The notes below the pieces were generated by a model. It saw nothing but the letters and a program-made list of their open reading frames with translations, was not told the origin of the DNA and did not search any database. From Syntrophorhabdaceae bacterium (GTDB lineage Bacteria; Desulfobacterota; Syntrophorhabdia; Syntrophorhabdales; Syntrophorhabdaceae), in contig OY762209.1 in NCBI GenBank assembly GCA_963665295.1, positions 608,001-672,000 of the forward strand: a stretch of DNA of 64,000 bases, written 5' to 3'. Numbering within the stretch: position 1 is the first letter of the stretch; each line of letters begins with the position of its first letter. Shown one piece after another: positions 1 through 9,980 of this stretch. A program made the translations under genes and the position numbers.

Positions 1-261
1 CAGTATGTCCGCGTCCCCTGTCCTGATGTTATACTTGTCGAAATCAAACTGGATGTCGCTCAATGCGGCGGCGGGCGGTGGGGGCGGTGGGGGCGGCTGA
101 ACGGGCATCTCTTTCGGAGGTTCCGGAGCAGGCGCCTTCACTTCAGGTGCGGGCGGGGGCGCCGTCTCACCCTTCTGGGCCTGCATGAAGCATCCACAAC
201 CACTGAGAAACAATGCAAATACAACGAGCACACAAAAGCAGACTACCGACCTTGTTTTCAT
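1..261 (-). CDS. pal: Peptidoglycan-associated lipoprotein / OmpA-family lipoprotein (3' end outside window)
   Basis: Own translation: MKTRSVVCFCVLVVFALFLSGC lipobox, Pro-rich linker, then LSDIQFDFDKYNIR (start of OmpA-like domain); GGAGG RBS upstream; not in supplied ORF track. Confidence 0.75.
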   Translation of the reverse strand, partial: MKTRSVVCFCVLVVFALFLSGCGCFMQAQKGETAPPPAPEVKAPAPEPPKEMPVQPPPPPPPPAAALSDIQFDFDKYNIRTGDADIL

Positions 262-525
262 AAAGTCCTCCTCCTTCTCTTTTTTTGAAAGGCATACGAG
301 AAACCCGATATGCCCCCGACTGCAGCGACGTCTCTTCCTTTTAATAATATTATCCTCTCTTTGCAGGTTTGCAATATCTTTTTGACAAGAATTTACAGGG
401 GTTTAAGGGTTATTAGAGGAAAAGAGGCGCGTAAGGTCAGGGAGGGTTCCGGTTTGAAGCCTTTTGAGCCCGCGGAGGGCTGCGCCGCCTCGGAGATGCG
501 AGACGCCGCAGCCGGGGACCCCCGT

Positions 526-1914
526 TCACAGCCAGTGAGATGCGAGACGAGCGATCAGCTCTTTCAGCCGGACCCAGAGCGGCCGTTCGGCCCACTCCTT
601 CGGCGTGATTGCCTTTGATGCAGCCACATCCCTTTGGAACAGGTCCTCCATCTGGTTCGCGAAATCCACCCCGAGAATGACGGCGTTTATCTCGTTGTTC
701 CGAAGGAAGCTCCAAAGGTCAAAGTTGGTGGAGCCTACCGTGGACCAGACACCGTCGATAACCGCCGTCTTCGCATGGAGCATTCTGTCGCCGCGTTCGT
801 ACAGCTTTACCCCCGCTTCGAGAAGGTCTTCGTAATGAGACCGGCCTGAGAGAAGGGCCGGTTCGGAATCGCTCACGCCGGGAAGGACAAGGGTTACGTC
901 AACCCCACGCCGCGCTGCGCCGGTGAGGGCTTCCATCATCTGCTCGTCCGGCACAAAATAGGCGTTGGTCAAATGAACGAACCGCCTCGCGCTCTTTATG
1001 GCCGAGACGTACATAACGTAGGTGAGCCGCTTTGAATCACCGGGCGTGCTCCCCACTGCCGTGATCAACTCCTTTCCCTCGGACCGGGCGGCCGGGAAAT
1101 AGTCCCTGCCTGTGAGGGGAGGTCCTTTTTGCGCGCGCCATGTCCTGAGGAACAGTTCCTGGAACTGAGCAACGGCGGGCCCTTCGATCATGACGTGCGT
1201 ATCCCTCCACCCGAAGGTCTCCCCGTCGTTCGGGCGCGCTCGCGAAGGACTCGCGGAGAAGACACTGCTGATATTCACCCCTCCCGTGAAGGCTGTCCTC
1301 CCGTCGATGACTACCACCTTCCGGTGGTCCCGGTGGGTGATCAAGTCCCGCCGCCTCGCCTGCAAAGGGTTGATGGGATTGAATTCGAGGGTCTTCACTC
1401 CTCCTGCCCGCAACTTCCCGAAGAAGGCGGCAGGCGTATTCTTGCAGCCTACACTGTCGTAAATCAGGTTCACCTGAACACCCTCGGCCTGTTTTTGAAG
1501 GAGGAGCTCCGCAAACCGTCGGCCCACGTCGTCGTCATCGAATACGAAGGTTTCAAGATTGATGTGGTCCCTTGCCGCCGCAATGGCTTTTGACATGGCG
1601 GCGTACGTGGCGGGGCCGTCCACGAGAAGGGTGGCGCGGTTTCCCGTGGTGAGCGAGTGTCCGCTCAAGGACTGCATAAGCACGATATTGGCCTGGAGCA
1701 AATCCGTGGGGCCGGCCTGCCGTTCAAGGCGGGTGAGTATACGGTCGCTCGCCCTGCGCGGCAATCTTCCTCGGACGCCTGCGATTTCCGGCGATTCGAC
1801 GCTTTCCGAGCTTTCCTCCATGAGGCGCGAAACGTCCGGAAGGGTGGCGGTACATCCCGCGAGGAACAGGATGCACAAAGACAGGAGGAACACTACAACT
1901 CTTGAACGCGACAT
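526..1914 (-). CDS. cls: Cardiolipin synthase (phospholipase D family)
   Basis: Two HKD motifs (HRKVVVID, HAKTAVID), WRDTH motif, N-terminal LAGC lipobox. Confidence 0.85.
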   Translation of the reverse strand: MSRSRVVVFLLSLCILFLAGCTATLPDVSRLMEESSESVESPEIAGVRGRLPRRASDRILTRLERQAGPTDLLQANIVLMQSLSGHSLTTGNRATLLVDGPATYAAMSKAIAAARDHINLETFVFDDDDVGRRFAELLLQKQAEGVQVNLIYDSVGCKNTPAAFFGKLRAGGVKTLEFNPINPLQARRRDLITHRDHRKVVVIDGRTAFTGGVNISSVFSASPSRARPNDGETFGWRDTHVMIEGPAVAQFQELFLRTWRAQKGPPLTGRDYFPAARSEGKELITAVGSTPGDSKRLTYVMYVSAIKSARRFVHLTNAYFVPDEQMMEALTGAARRGVDVTLVLPGVSDSEPALLSGRSHYEDLLEAGVKLYERGDRMLHAKTAVIDGVWSTVGSTNFDLWSFLRNNEINAVILGVDFANQMEDLFQRDVAASKAITPKEWAERPLWVRLKELIARLASHWL

Positions 1915-2097
1915 ATACGCCCCTCACAACAGCCCGCCATATACCCCCCTTAATGAAGAAGGTAATGGCTGGACAGGGGCAAAGTCAACGGTTCCATCAG
2001 GGCCGGATTCCCCCGGGTCGCACGGGCGGACAGACCTCTGGGCGAGGCGGACCTACTGCAATTGTCATGGGAGGAAAGGCGAGCCGGTGAAGCAGGT

Positions 2098-3393
2098 TCA
2101 GCTGCCGAAGACCCGTTTGAAGATCGTGTCCACGTGCTGGAAATAATGCTCGTTGTTGGTGGTGCCCTCGATCTCGTCCGCGGTCAGGTACCTGCCTATC
2201 TCTTCGTCCTTCTTCAACTCAACGGTAAAATCGAGGCCCTGCTCGTAGCACATCATGGCTACCCTCTGGGTAAGTTTGTAGGCGTCCTGTCTTGTAAGGC
2301 CCTTTTTGATAAGGCTCAGGAGTATCGCTTCCGAATGGTGGAGCCCTTTCGACAGGCCCATGTTCGCCGCCATCCTTTCAGGGTAGACTATGAGGTTCTT
2401 GTACATGTTCTTCAGGCGTTCGAGCATGTAATCGAGGAGGATCGTCGCATCGGGGCCTATTACCCTCTCCACGGAAGAATGGCTGATATCCCTTTCGTGC
2501 CAGAGCGGTATGTTTTCGAGGGCGGAGAGCGCATATCCCCGGATCAGGCGGGCGAGACCGCACAGGTTCTCCGAGGCTATGGGGTTCCTCTTGTGAGGCA
2601 TGGCCGATGAACCGGTCTGCCCTTTCTGAAAGAACTCCTCCGCTTCGCCCACTTCCGTTCTCTGGAGGTGCCTCACTTCCAGGGACATCTTCTCTACCGA
2701 CGACGCGATAATGGCCAGGGTGGTGAAAAACTCCGCATGGTAATCCCTGGGCACGATCTGTGTGGAGATGGGCGCGGGTTTCAAGCCCATTTTCTTGCAT
2801 ACATATTCTTCCACAAAGGGAGGTACATGGGCGAAGGTGCCCACGGCGCCGGAAATCTTGGCAAAGGCGATGCGCTCACGCGCCGCTTTCAACCGTTCCA
2901 GATTCCTTCTCATTTCATCGTAAAAATGAGCCATCTTGAGACCGAAGGTGATGGGCTCCGCGTGTATGCCGTGACTCCTCCCGATCATGGGGGTGTCCTT
3001 GTACTTATAGGCCTGCTCTTTCAGAACGGACATGAGGTTCTGTACGTCCTGCACCAGTATGTCGGAGGCTTCCTTCAGAAGGCACGCGAAGGACGTATCG
3101 AGTATGTCCGACGAGGTGATGCCCATATGGATAAACTTCGACGAGGGGCCCACGAACTCCGAGACGCATTCTATAAAGGCCACCACATCGTGTCTGGTTC
3201 TCTTCTCTATCTCAAAGATCCGATCCACGTCGAAGCGGGCCTTCTCGATGATGTTCTCCATGTCCTGACGCGGTATGAGGTTCAATTCCCCGTATGCCTC
3301 ACAGATGTTTACCTCGATCTCGAGCCATTTCCGGAACCTGTTCGCATCATTCCATATCTTTGTCATGCGCGGCAGCGTATACCTGTCTATCAT
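2098..3393 (-). CDS. purB: Adenylosuccinate lyase
   Basis: MIDRY start, HDVVAF, GRSHGIHAEP, signature GSSAMPHKRNP. Confidence 0.95.
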   Translation of the reverse strand: MIDRYTLPRMTKIWNDANRFRKWLEIEVNICEAYGELNLIPRQDMENIIEKARFDVDRIFEIEKRTRHDVVAFIECVSEFVGPSSKFIHMGITSSDILDTSFACLLKEASDILVQDVQNLMSVLKEQAYKYKDTPMIGRSHGIHAEPITFGLKMAHFYDEMRRNLERLKAARERIAFAKISGAVGTFAHVPPFVEEYVCKKMGLKPAPISTQIVPRDYHAEFFTTLAIIASSVEKMSLEVRHLQRTEVGEAEEFFQKGQTGSSAMPHKRNPIASENLCGLARLIRGYALSALENIPLWHERDISHSSVERVIGPDATILLDYMLERLKNMYKNLIVYPERMAANMGLSKGLHHSEAILLSLIKKGLTRQDAYKLTQRVAMMCYEQGLDFTVELKKDEEIGRYLTADEIEGTTNNEHYFQHVDTIFKRVFGS

Positions 3394-3509
3394 GGCTCTA
3401 TGATACCTTAAGCGCCCGGCCCTTGTCAATTTGGAATCGTGGGAAAATGATCATGAGTGCCCGCGTTGCCCGCGCCCACGGTGGTAAGCGGGAGTCGAAA
3501 ACCCTGCGG

Positions 3510-4346
3510 TTATTGTGAGGGGACGGTGTGGAAGAGAAACCCCCGCCACGCGTTCTTCTGCTCCATCCTGAGGAGGTGAAGGGAATTGAAGAGAGCGACG
3601 AGGCGCGTCCTGTCCCTGCCCAGGATGCCCGACACGACGATCTTTCCTCCCGGCGCGGCAAAGGACTTCACCTTCTCCGAACAAGCAGTAAAGGTCCTTA
3701 TATCGAGGTTCGCGAGGACCACGTCGTAGACGCCCCCCACGTGGGTGAGGTCGGCGCAGATTACTTCTATGTTTGTCGCCTTGTTCAGGCTTATGTTCTT
3801 TCGCGCATTGAGGACCGTGTCGAGGTCATTATCCACGGACACCACGCTTTCGGCGCCCCTTTGACGGGCGTAAAGGGAGAGTATGGCGGAACCGCATCCC
3901 AGGTCGAGAACGCGTGCGCCCGTAAGGTCCATCGCCTTCATGATCTTTATCATGAGCCGTGTCGATTCGTGCCTCCCCGTTCCGAAGGCCATGCCGGGTT
4001 CGATGATGAGAGAAGGGCCTTTCGCGCGGGTTTTGTTCCACGGGGCCAGAACGGTAAGGTCCTCTATTTTTATGGGACGGAAATACTGCATCGTAAGGGT
4101 GCTGTAGTCCCTGAGTTCTTCCTGTTCTATCTTGATGTCACGCAGGGGCACGGGTGAGGCGTCTACCGCTTTGAGGAAGGCTTCCCGGTCGTCGGGATAG
4201 AACTTCACGAGTACGGTCTCGCCCTTCTCTTCCGTCCAGACTCCTGTTTTGGAGAGGAGATAAAGCTCCTCGGGGAGCAACTCTTCCATGCCCTTGTCCA
4301 CAAGCAGTTCTATACGGGTCTTGTACTGCGGTTCAGGATTTTTCAT
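3510..4346 (-). CDS. prmA: Ribosomal protein L11 methyltransferase
   Basis: IEPGMAFGTGRHEST motif and SAM-binding VLDLGCGSAIL. Confidence 0.88.
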   Translation of the reverse strand: MKNPEPQYKTRIELLVDKGMEELLPEELYLLSKTGVWTEEKGETVLVKFYPDDREAFLKAVDASPVPLRDIKIEQEELRDYSTLTMQYFRPIKIEDLTVLAPWNKTRAKGPSLIIEPGMAFGTGRHESTRLMIKIMKAMDLTGARVLDLGCGSAILSLYARQRGAESVVSVDNDLDTVLNARKNISLNKATNIEVICADLTHVGGVYDVVLANLDIRTFTACSEKVKSFAAPGGKIVVSGILGRDRTRLVALFNSLHLLRMEQKNAWRGFLFHTVPSQ

Positions 4347-4376
4347 CGATGAGAGAACCGGTTCCTTGTCAATCTC

Positions 4377-5249
4377 CTATGCACGGGGGAATACAACCCT
4401 GCCCATTCTCTCCGTGTCATATCCCGTGAAATCTCTCACCCGGTGCAGGAGCCGCGACTGTTCGAAAAAAGCGAGGAACTCTTTTACAGGGGCGCTGTAG
4501 AAGTGCTCGGTAGAGACGACCAGTTCGAAGTTCTCCCTGAAGAGGGGAACAAAATCGAGGCCGAGTATATGGGCGATATACCGGATACCGAAGGCCGCAT
4601 CCCCGTCGCCTCTGAGTACGCTCTGCCCCGCTTCGAGGTGCGAGCCGGCTTCCAGGCTGTACCCCTTGATGCTGGCCGGGTCTATCCGTTTCTCCTGAAC
4701 GAGAAAATCGAAGAGGAGCCGCGTCCCGGAACCCTGGTTTCTGTTGATGAAGGAGATCCCTTTGCCGGGAAGATCACCAAGAGAACCGATCTCCAGGGGA
4801 TTGCCTTTCTGAAGATAAAGGCCCTGTTCCCTCATAAAGAGGTGGACCACCACGTAATCGTCCGTGCCGAGGTACTTGTCCACGTAGGAGAGATTATACT
4901 CCTTCTTTTCTGTGTCGAAGATATGAACGCATGCAATGGTGGCGCTGCTCTGTTTCAGGGCCTTGAGACCGTTTATACTCCCCACCGGGGCGTAGTAGAC
5001 GAGCCCATCCCTCCCCTTGTTGTATGCGTCGATAATATTCCTCAGGAGTACATCATCGCTGCCGGCGATATAGACCTGCTGCTCCCTCTCCGTATTCTCC
5101 AGTATCCACTTGTCGATCAGTTCCTTTACGAACGCTACGGTCCCGCCGATCTTCATCGATGGTATGCGCGATTCCTGGGCAAGCTTGTATATCTTCTTTT
5201 CGTTTATCTTGAGATACTTCGAGAGATCTCTCGCGGACATGATTTCCAT
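4377..5249 (-). CDS. Transcriptional regulator: excisionase-like HTH + molybdate/tungstate-binding PBP domain
   Basis: N-terminal MSARDLSKYLKINEKKIYKLA HTH; GSINGL, REQGL, FINRNQGSGTR PBP motifs; divergent from tupABC. Confidence 0.85.
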   Translation of the reverse strand: MEIMSARDLSKYLKINEKKIYKLAQESRIPSMKIGGTVAFVKELIDKWILENTEREQQVYIAGSDDVLLRNIIDAYNKGRDGLVYYAPVGSINGLKALKQSSATIACVHIFDTEKKEYNLSYVDKYLGTDDYVVVHLFMREQGLYLQKGNPLEIGSLGDLPGKGISFINRNQGSGTRLLFDFLVQEKRIDPASIKGYSLEAGSHLEAGQSVLRGDGDAAFGIRYIAHILGLDFVPLFRENFELVVSTEHFYSAPVKEFLAFFEQSRLLHRVRDFTGYDTERMGRVVFPRA

Positions 5250-5311
5250 GGTGACAATTATAACTCAAAAAAAGATTCTTTGCAACGGTAGTGAAATTGT
5301 AAGTTTTGGTT

Positions 5312-5333
5312 ATTACCGGGCGCGCGTGGTAAT
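5312..5333. promoter_or_regulatory. Candidate operator ATTACC-N10-GGTAAT between regulator and tupA
   Basis: 6-bp inverted repeat in the divergent intergenic region. Confidence 0.3.
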
Positions 5334-5410
5334 CATGATTGCCGTAACGTGTTGAAGCTTCTGTGTTTTTTTGATATAGTGATCGTAGAATACGCATAAG
5401 GAGGCCTGTC

Positions 5411-6268
5411 GTGCAAAAGATTTTGACAAAATGGAGTTTTATCGTCTTTCTCGGGCTGGCCCTGACTATGCCTTCCCTCCTCTATGCTGAGCCGCCGGAG
5501 TCCATCCTCTGGGCCTGCACCATCGGTCCTATCGATTCGGGCGTCGTGGCTGCCCTGGAGAAGGGCTACGAATCGGAATCGGGGGTAAGGGTGCGCCACG
5601 TCGGAGCAGGCACCGGTGCGACCCTCGACCTTGCAAAAAAAGGGAATATCGACCTCGTCATGGTCCATGCCAGGGCCCTCGAGGAAAAGTTCATAAAGGA
5701 AGGCTTCGGCACGGAAAGGATCGACCTCATGTATAACGATTTCGTCATCGTTGGGCCCCCGGAAGACCCCGCGGGTGTAAAAGGCACGAGGAAGGCGGTG
5801 GACGCCCTCCGCAAGATCGCCGAAAAAGGGGCCCTCTTTGTGACGAGAGGCGACAAATCCGGGACCCACGTGGCTGAAACGGCCCTCTGGGACAAAGCGG
5901 GCCTGAAACCGGCGGGCGCCTGGTACAAGACCTATGAGAAAGGGTCCGAAGGCAATGTGCCCACCCTCCGTTACACGGACCTTTCAAAGGCCTACACCGT
6001 TATCGACCGGGCAACATTCCTCACCCTGAAGAAGGAGATCAACCTCGCCATACTGGTGGAAGGAGACGAGGCGCTTCTCAACTACATCAGTATCATCCCC
6101 GTTAATCCCCGGACGGTAAAGAGGGTAGACCCTGAAGGCGCCATGGCCTTCGCGAAATGGCTCACCTCGCCGGAGAAAGGGCAAAAGGTCATCAGGGATT
6201 TCGGCAAAGACCAATATGGGAGTCCGCTCTTTTTCCCCAATTCCAGGGAATGGCGGGCCATTCACTAA
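5411..6268 (+). CDS. tupA: Tungstate ABC transporter substrate-binding protein, paralog 1
   Basis: Signal peptide; GAGTG, VMVHA, MYNDFVIVGP, TRGDKSGTH motifs; ACTIGPIDSG replaces the canonical TTTS motif. Confidence 0.85.
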   Translation: MQKILTKWSFIVFLGLALTMPSLLYAEPPESILWACTIGPIDSGVVAALEKGYESESGVRVRHVGAGTGATLDLAKKGNIDLVMVHARALEEKFIKEGFGTERIDLMYNDFVIVGPPEDPAGVKGTRKAVDALRKIAEKGALFVTRGDKSGTHVAETALWDKAGLKPAGAWYKTYEKGSEGNVPTLRYTDLSKAYTVIDRATFLTLKKEINLAILVEGDEALLNYISIIPVNPRTVKRVDPEGAMAFAKWLTSPEKGQKVIRDFGKDQYGSPLFFPNSREWRAIH

Positions 6269-6316
6269 AATGTGCCCTTTTCTGAGGATCGGAAAAAACA
6301 CAAAGGAGGAAACTTT

Positions 6317-7171
6317 ATGAAACGTGTTCCGGCAATATGCTCAATCGCATGGATGGCCTTCATGCTTCTCTGCGCATTCGGCCCATCTCCCGCTCTTGCG
6401 GAGAAAAATATTATCCTCGCCACAACCACAAGCACCCAGGATTCCGGCCTTCTCGACGTTCTCATTCCTGTCTTTGAAAAGAAGACGGGGTATTTCGTGA
6501 AAACCATAGCGGTAGGCTCGGGTCAGGCCATGGCCATGGGTCAGAAGGGAGAAGCCGACGTGCTCCTCGTCCATTCCCCCCAGGCGGAGATGAAGTTTAT
6601 GACCGAGGGCTTCGGCGCGACCCGGCGACTCGTCATGCACAATGACTTCATAATAGTAGGACCCGCTTCCGACCCCGCAAAGCTCCGGGGCGCGAAGACA
6701 TCGTCGGAGGCGATGAAAAAGATCGCCGCATCGAAGAGCATCTTTCTGTCGAGAGGAGACAACTCGGGGACCCATTCGAAAGAGCAGGCCCTATGGAAAG
6801 CCGCAGGCGTGAAATACGACGGCGAGAAGTGGTACCAGCAGACAGGCCTCGGCATGGGGCAGACCCTGAACGTGGCATCCGAGAAACAGGCATATACCCT
6901 GGCCGACCGCGGCACGTACCTGGCCCTCAAGAAAAGGCTCTCCCTCGATATACTGGTCCAGGGAGATGCGAGCCTTCTCAACATCTACCATGTGATCGAG
7001 ATGAACCGCGCCAAGTTTCCCAGGCTGAACGCGGCGGGCGGCAAAGCTTTCGCCGATTTCATAGTTTCCCCGGAGACCCAGAACATAATCAAGACCTTCG
7101 GCGTGGACAAATTCGGGTCGCCCCTCTTTTTCCCTGACGCAGGCAAAAAGGTGGAGGACCTGGGGAAATAG
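6317..7171 (+). CDS. tupA: Tungstate ABC transporter substrate-binding protein, paralog 2
   Basis: ATTTSTQDSGLL, VGSGQA, MHNDFIIVGP, SRGDNSGTH; AGGAGG RBS before ATG 6317. Confidence 0.92.
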   Translation: MKRVPAICSIAWMAFMLLCAFGPSPALAEKNIILATTTSTQDSGLLDVLIPVFEKKTGYFVKTIAVGSGQAMAMGQKGEADVLLVHSPQAEMKFMTEGFGATRRLVMHNDFIIVGPASDPAKLRGAKTSSEAMKKIAASKSIFLSRGDNSGTHSKEQALWKAAGVKYDGEKWYQQTGLGMGQTLNVASEKQAYTLADRGTYLALKKRLSLDILVQGDASLLNIYHVIEMNRAKFPRLNAAGGKAFADFIVSPETQNIIKTFGVDKFGSPLFFPDAGKKVEDLGK

Positions 7172-7175
7172 ATAG

Positions 7176-7874
7176 ATGGAACTGATTCTTGAGGGTGTAA
7201 AGAAGGCATTTTTCCTTCTCTTCACCCTCGACCCGGAAGTGCTGCGCATTACCCTTCTTTCCCTTGAGGTCTCGGGGGTCGCGACCTTGCTGAGCCTCAT
7301 AATAGGGGTGCCTTTGGGGGCAATGATCGGCCTTTCCAATTTTCCCGGAAAACGCCTGACCGTGGGCCTCATCAACACGGGTATGGGATTGCCCCCTGTG
7401 GTGGTCGGCCTCTTTGTTACCATATTCCTCTGGCGAAGCGGCCCTCTCGGGTTTTTGGGCATGCTCTTCACCCCCTCCGCCATGATCCTCGCCCAGGCGG
7501 TCATCGCCACCCCCATCGTCATGGGCATTACCGTGGCCGCCATGCAGCAGTTACCGAGGGACTTGAGGCTCCAGGTACTCTCCCTCGGAGCGAGCAAGCT
7601 CCAGATGTTCCTCACGCTCCTCAAGGAGGCGCGTCTTTCCCTTCTCGCCGCGGTCATGGCAGGCTTCGGCGGCGTGATCTCCGAAATAGGCGCGTCCATC
7701 ATGGTGGGCGGCAACATAAAAGGATATACCAGGGTCCTCACTACTGCGACGGTTATGGAAACGAGCAAGGGAAACTTCGATGTGGCCATCGCCCTCAGCA
7801 TTATCCTCCTCGTCCTCGCATACTGTATCAACCTCATACTGACCCACGTGCAACAGAGGGAGCGGCCGCGATGA
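7176..7874 (+). CDS. tupB: Tungstate ABC transporter permease
   Basis: Hydrophobic; MGLPPVVVGL, GGNIKGYTRVLTTA. Confidence 0.9.
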   Translation: MELILEGVKKAFFLLFTLDPEVLRITLLSLEVSGVATLLSLIIGVPLGAMIGLSNFPGKRLTVGLINTGMGLPPVVVGLFVTIFLWRSGPLGFLGMLFTPSAMILAQAVIATPIVMGITVAAMQQLPRDLRLQVLSLGASKLQMFLTLLKEARLSLLAAVMAGFGGVISEIGASIMVGGNIKGYTRVLTTATVMETSKGNFDVAIALSIILLVLAYCINLILTHVQQRERPR

Positions 7875-8959
7875 CCTCCGTACCCATACTCGACGTAAAG
7901 GGGGTCAAGGTCGTCCTCGCGGGAATACGCGTTCTCGACATCCCGTCCCTCTCCCTTGCAGAAAGAGAGGTACTTTCCCTCATAGGGCCCAACGGCGCGG
8001 GGAAATCGACCCTTCTCAAGGCCTTAAGCTCCCTCATCAGGATCAGCGCGGGCGCGATCCTGTTCCATGGTCTCGAAGTAGGCTCCGACTGCCCCCTGCC
8101 CCAGTACAGGAAGCGGGTTACCATGGTCTTCCAGGACCCCCTCCTCTTCGACACCACCGTCTTCGGAAACGTGGCGGCAGGCCTCCGGTTCCGGGGCATC
8201 AGGGGCCGGGAGATGGAGACCGCCGTTGCCGAGGCCATGAATCTTTTCGGCATCGACCACCTCGCGGGCCGGGCGGCGAGAAAGATATCAGGCGGAGAGG
8301 CCCAGAGGGTGAGCCTTGCGAGGGCCTTCGCCACCAAACCGGAGGTCCTCCTCCTCGACGAACCCTTTTCCGCCCTCGACCCCCCCACACGGGAAACGCT
8401 CGTCACGGACCTCGAATCCGTGCTGCGCCTCTCCAACATCACCGCGGTTTTCGCGACCCATGACCGGACAGAGGCCCTGCGCCTCTCTCACAGGATCGCC
8501 GTCATGCACGAAGGGCGCATCCTTCAGATAGGCTCCCCCCACGAGATCATGAACTATCCCATCGACCCCTTCGTCGCGTCCTTCGTCGGCGTGGACACCT
8601 TTGTAAGCTGTCTGGTCGCTTCGGTCGGGCAGAGCACCTTCACCGCAACAGTGGGCGACCTCAGGATCGAGGCCCCGGGAGGGCACAAAGTGGGCGACAG
8701 GCTTTTCCTCTGCATCCGCCCCGAGGATGTAATCCTTCGCGCAGCGAACGGGAGCGCTCCGGGCGACCCCAACACCTTCCGCTGCACAGTCCGGAAGGTC
8801 ACCTCCATGGGCCCCTACCACAAGGTCCTGGTGGACTGCGGATTCCCCCTCACCGCCTACGTGACCCGCCCCCACGCCCAGGACCTGGCCCTGCAGGAAG
8901 GCCAACCCCTCACCGCAACCATCCCCCCCACCGCCATCCACGTAGTAAAAGAAGGGTAA
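7871..8959 (+). CDS. tupC: Tungstate ABC transporter ATPase with TOBE domain
   Basis: Walker A GPNGAGKS, ISGGEAQR, LLLDEP; ATGA overlap with tupB. Confidence 0.9.
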   Translation: MTSVPILDVKGVKVVLAGIRVLDIPSLSLAEREVLSLIGPNGAGKSTLLKALSSLIRISAGAILFHGLEVGSDCPLPQYRKRVTMVFQDPLLFDTTVFGNVAAGLRFRGIRGREMETAVAEAMNLFGIDHLAGRAARKISGGEAQRVSLARAFATKPEVLLLDEPFSALDPPTRETLVTDLESVLRLSNITAVFATHDRTEALRLSHRIAVMHEGRILQIGSPHEIMNYPIDPFVASFVGVDTFVSCLVASVGQSTFTATVGDLRIEAPGGHKVGDRLFLCIRPEDVILRAANGSAPGDPNTFRCTVRKVTSMGPYHKVLVDCGFPLTAYVTRPHAQDLALQEGQPLTATIPPTAIHVVKEG

Positions 8960-8981
8960 GCTGTTGATAAAATAAGAGCGT

Positions 8982-9641
8982 CACTACCAGAGGGAATGCA
9001 GGTCCGTTCTTGGTTTCCGGTCTGAATAGGCCTGTCTATGGAAGTATCTGAATTGAAGCATGGAACAGTGCAATGTTTGCCCCCGGCGACCTTTGTTCTT
9101 CTTAATGAAATCAATTGGAGCCGGGCGGAATGGATGGAAGATACCGGGAGGCACTACCAGAGGGAATGCAGGTCCGTTCTTGGTTTCCGGTCTGAATAGG
9201 CCTGTCTATGGAAGTATCTGAATTGAAGCATGGAACAGTGCAATGTTTGCCCCCGGCGACCTTTGTTCTTCTTAATGAAATCAATTGGAGCCGGGCGGAA
9301 TGGATGGAAGATACCGGGAGGCACTACCAGAGGGAATGCAGGTCCGTTCTTGGTTTCCGGTCTGAATAGGCCTGTCTATGGAAGTATCTGAATTGAAGCA
9401 TGGAACAGTGCAATGTTTGCCCCCGGCGACCTTTGTTCTTCTTAATGAAATCAATTGGAGCCGGGCGGAATGGATGGAAGATACCGGGAGGCACTACCAG
9501 AGGGAATGCAGGTCCGTTCTTGGTTTCCGGTCTGAATAGGCCTGTCTATGGAAGTATCTGAATTGAAGCATGGAACAGTGCAATGTTTGCCCCCGGCGAC
9601 CTTTGTTCTTCTTAATGAAATCAATTGGAGCCGGGCGGAAT
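8982..9641. repeat. Perfect 170-bp tandem repeat, about 3.9 copies
   Basis: CACTACCAGAGGGAATGCAGG... recurs at 8982, 9152, 9322, 9492; copies appear identical; the fourth ends at 9641. Confidence 0.97.
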
Positions 9642-9779
9642 AGGCGGCCGCACGGGACGGACACTTCAGATAGGTCAGGCTGTGAAGGGAGGCTGGGCGT
9701 CGTCGTACTCAAGTACGACAGAGCACGCCTCCCTTTGCAGAGTGGCCTATATGGAGCGTTCGTTCTGTGCGGCCGCCTA
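9641..9779. repeat. 139-bp long imperfect palindrome (MITE/REP-like or structured RNA)
   Basis: Terminal TAGGCGGCCGCAC...GTGCGGCCGCCTA; inner arms CTGTGAAGGGAGGC/GCCTCCCTTTGCAG; apical GTCGTACT-CA-AGTACGAC. Confidence 0.85.
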
Positions 9780-9980
9780 AGGACTTGCATTACGGAAGCA
9801 ACCTGCCCCATTTTAGCCCCCAACCCGCATTGCAGTTCCCCCTGCCGGGGACGGGCAAAAGACCACAACAAAACCCTTGATAATCTTGACGTTCTGAAGT
9901 AACTTTTCAAGGAGGTGTCACGTGCCGGGAGGTGCGCCGACACAATTATCTTAGCCGAAAGCGCACGCAGGGGGTTATCG

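Noticed and set aside
2062..3411. Long antisense ORFs here and opposite most genes
   Set aside because: Shadow frames of GC-rich coding genes with no recognisable motifs.
8982..9641. CRISPR array
   Set aside because: Units are 170 bp and fully identical; no unique spacers and no cas genes in the window.
9626..9641. tRNA/tmRNA 3'-end-like TCCGCCCGGCTCCA on the minus strand of each repeat unit
   Set aside because: No T-loop GTTCGA, no CCA extension and no cloverleaf; too short to call an att site.
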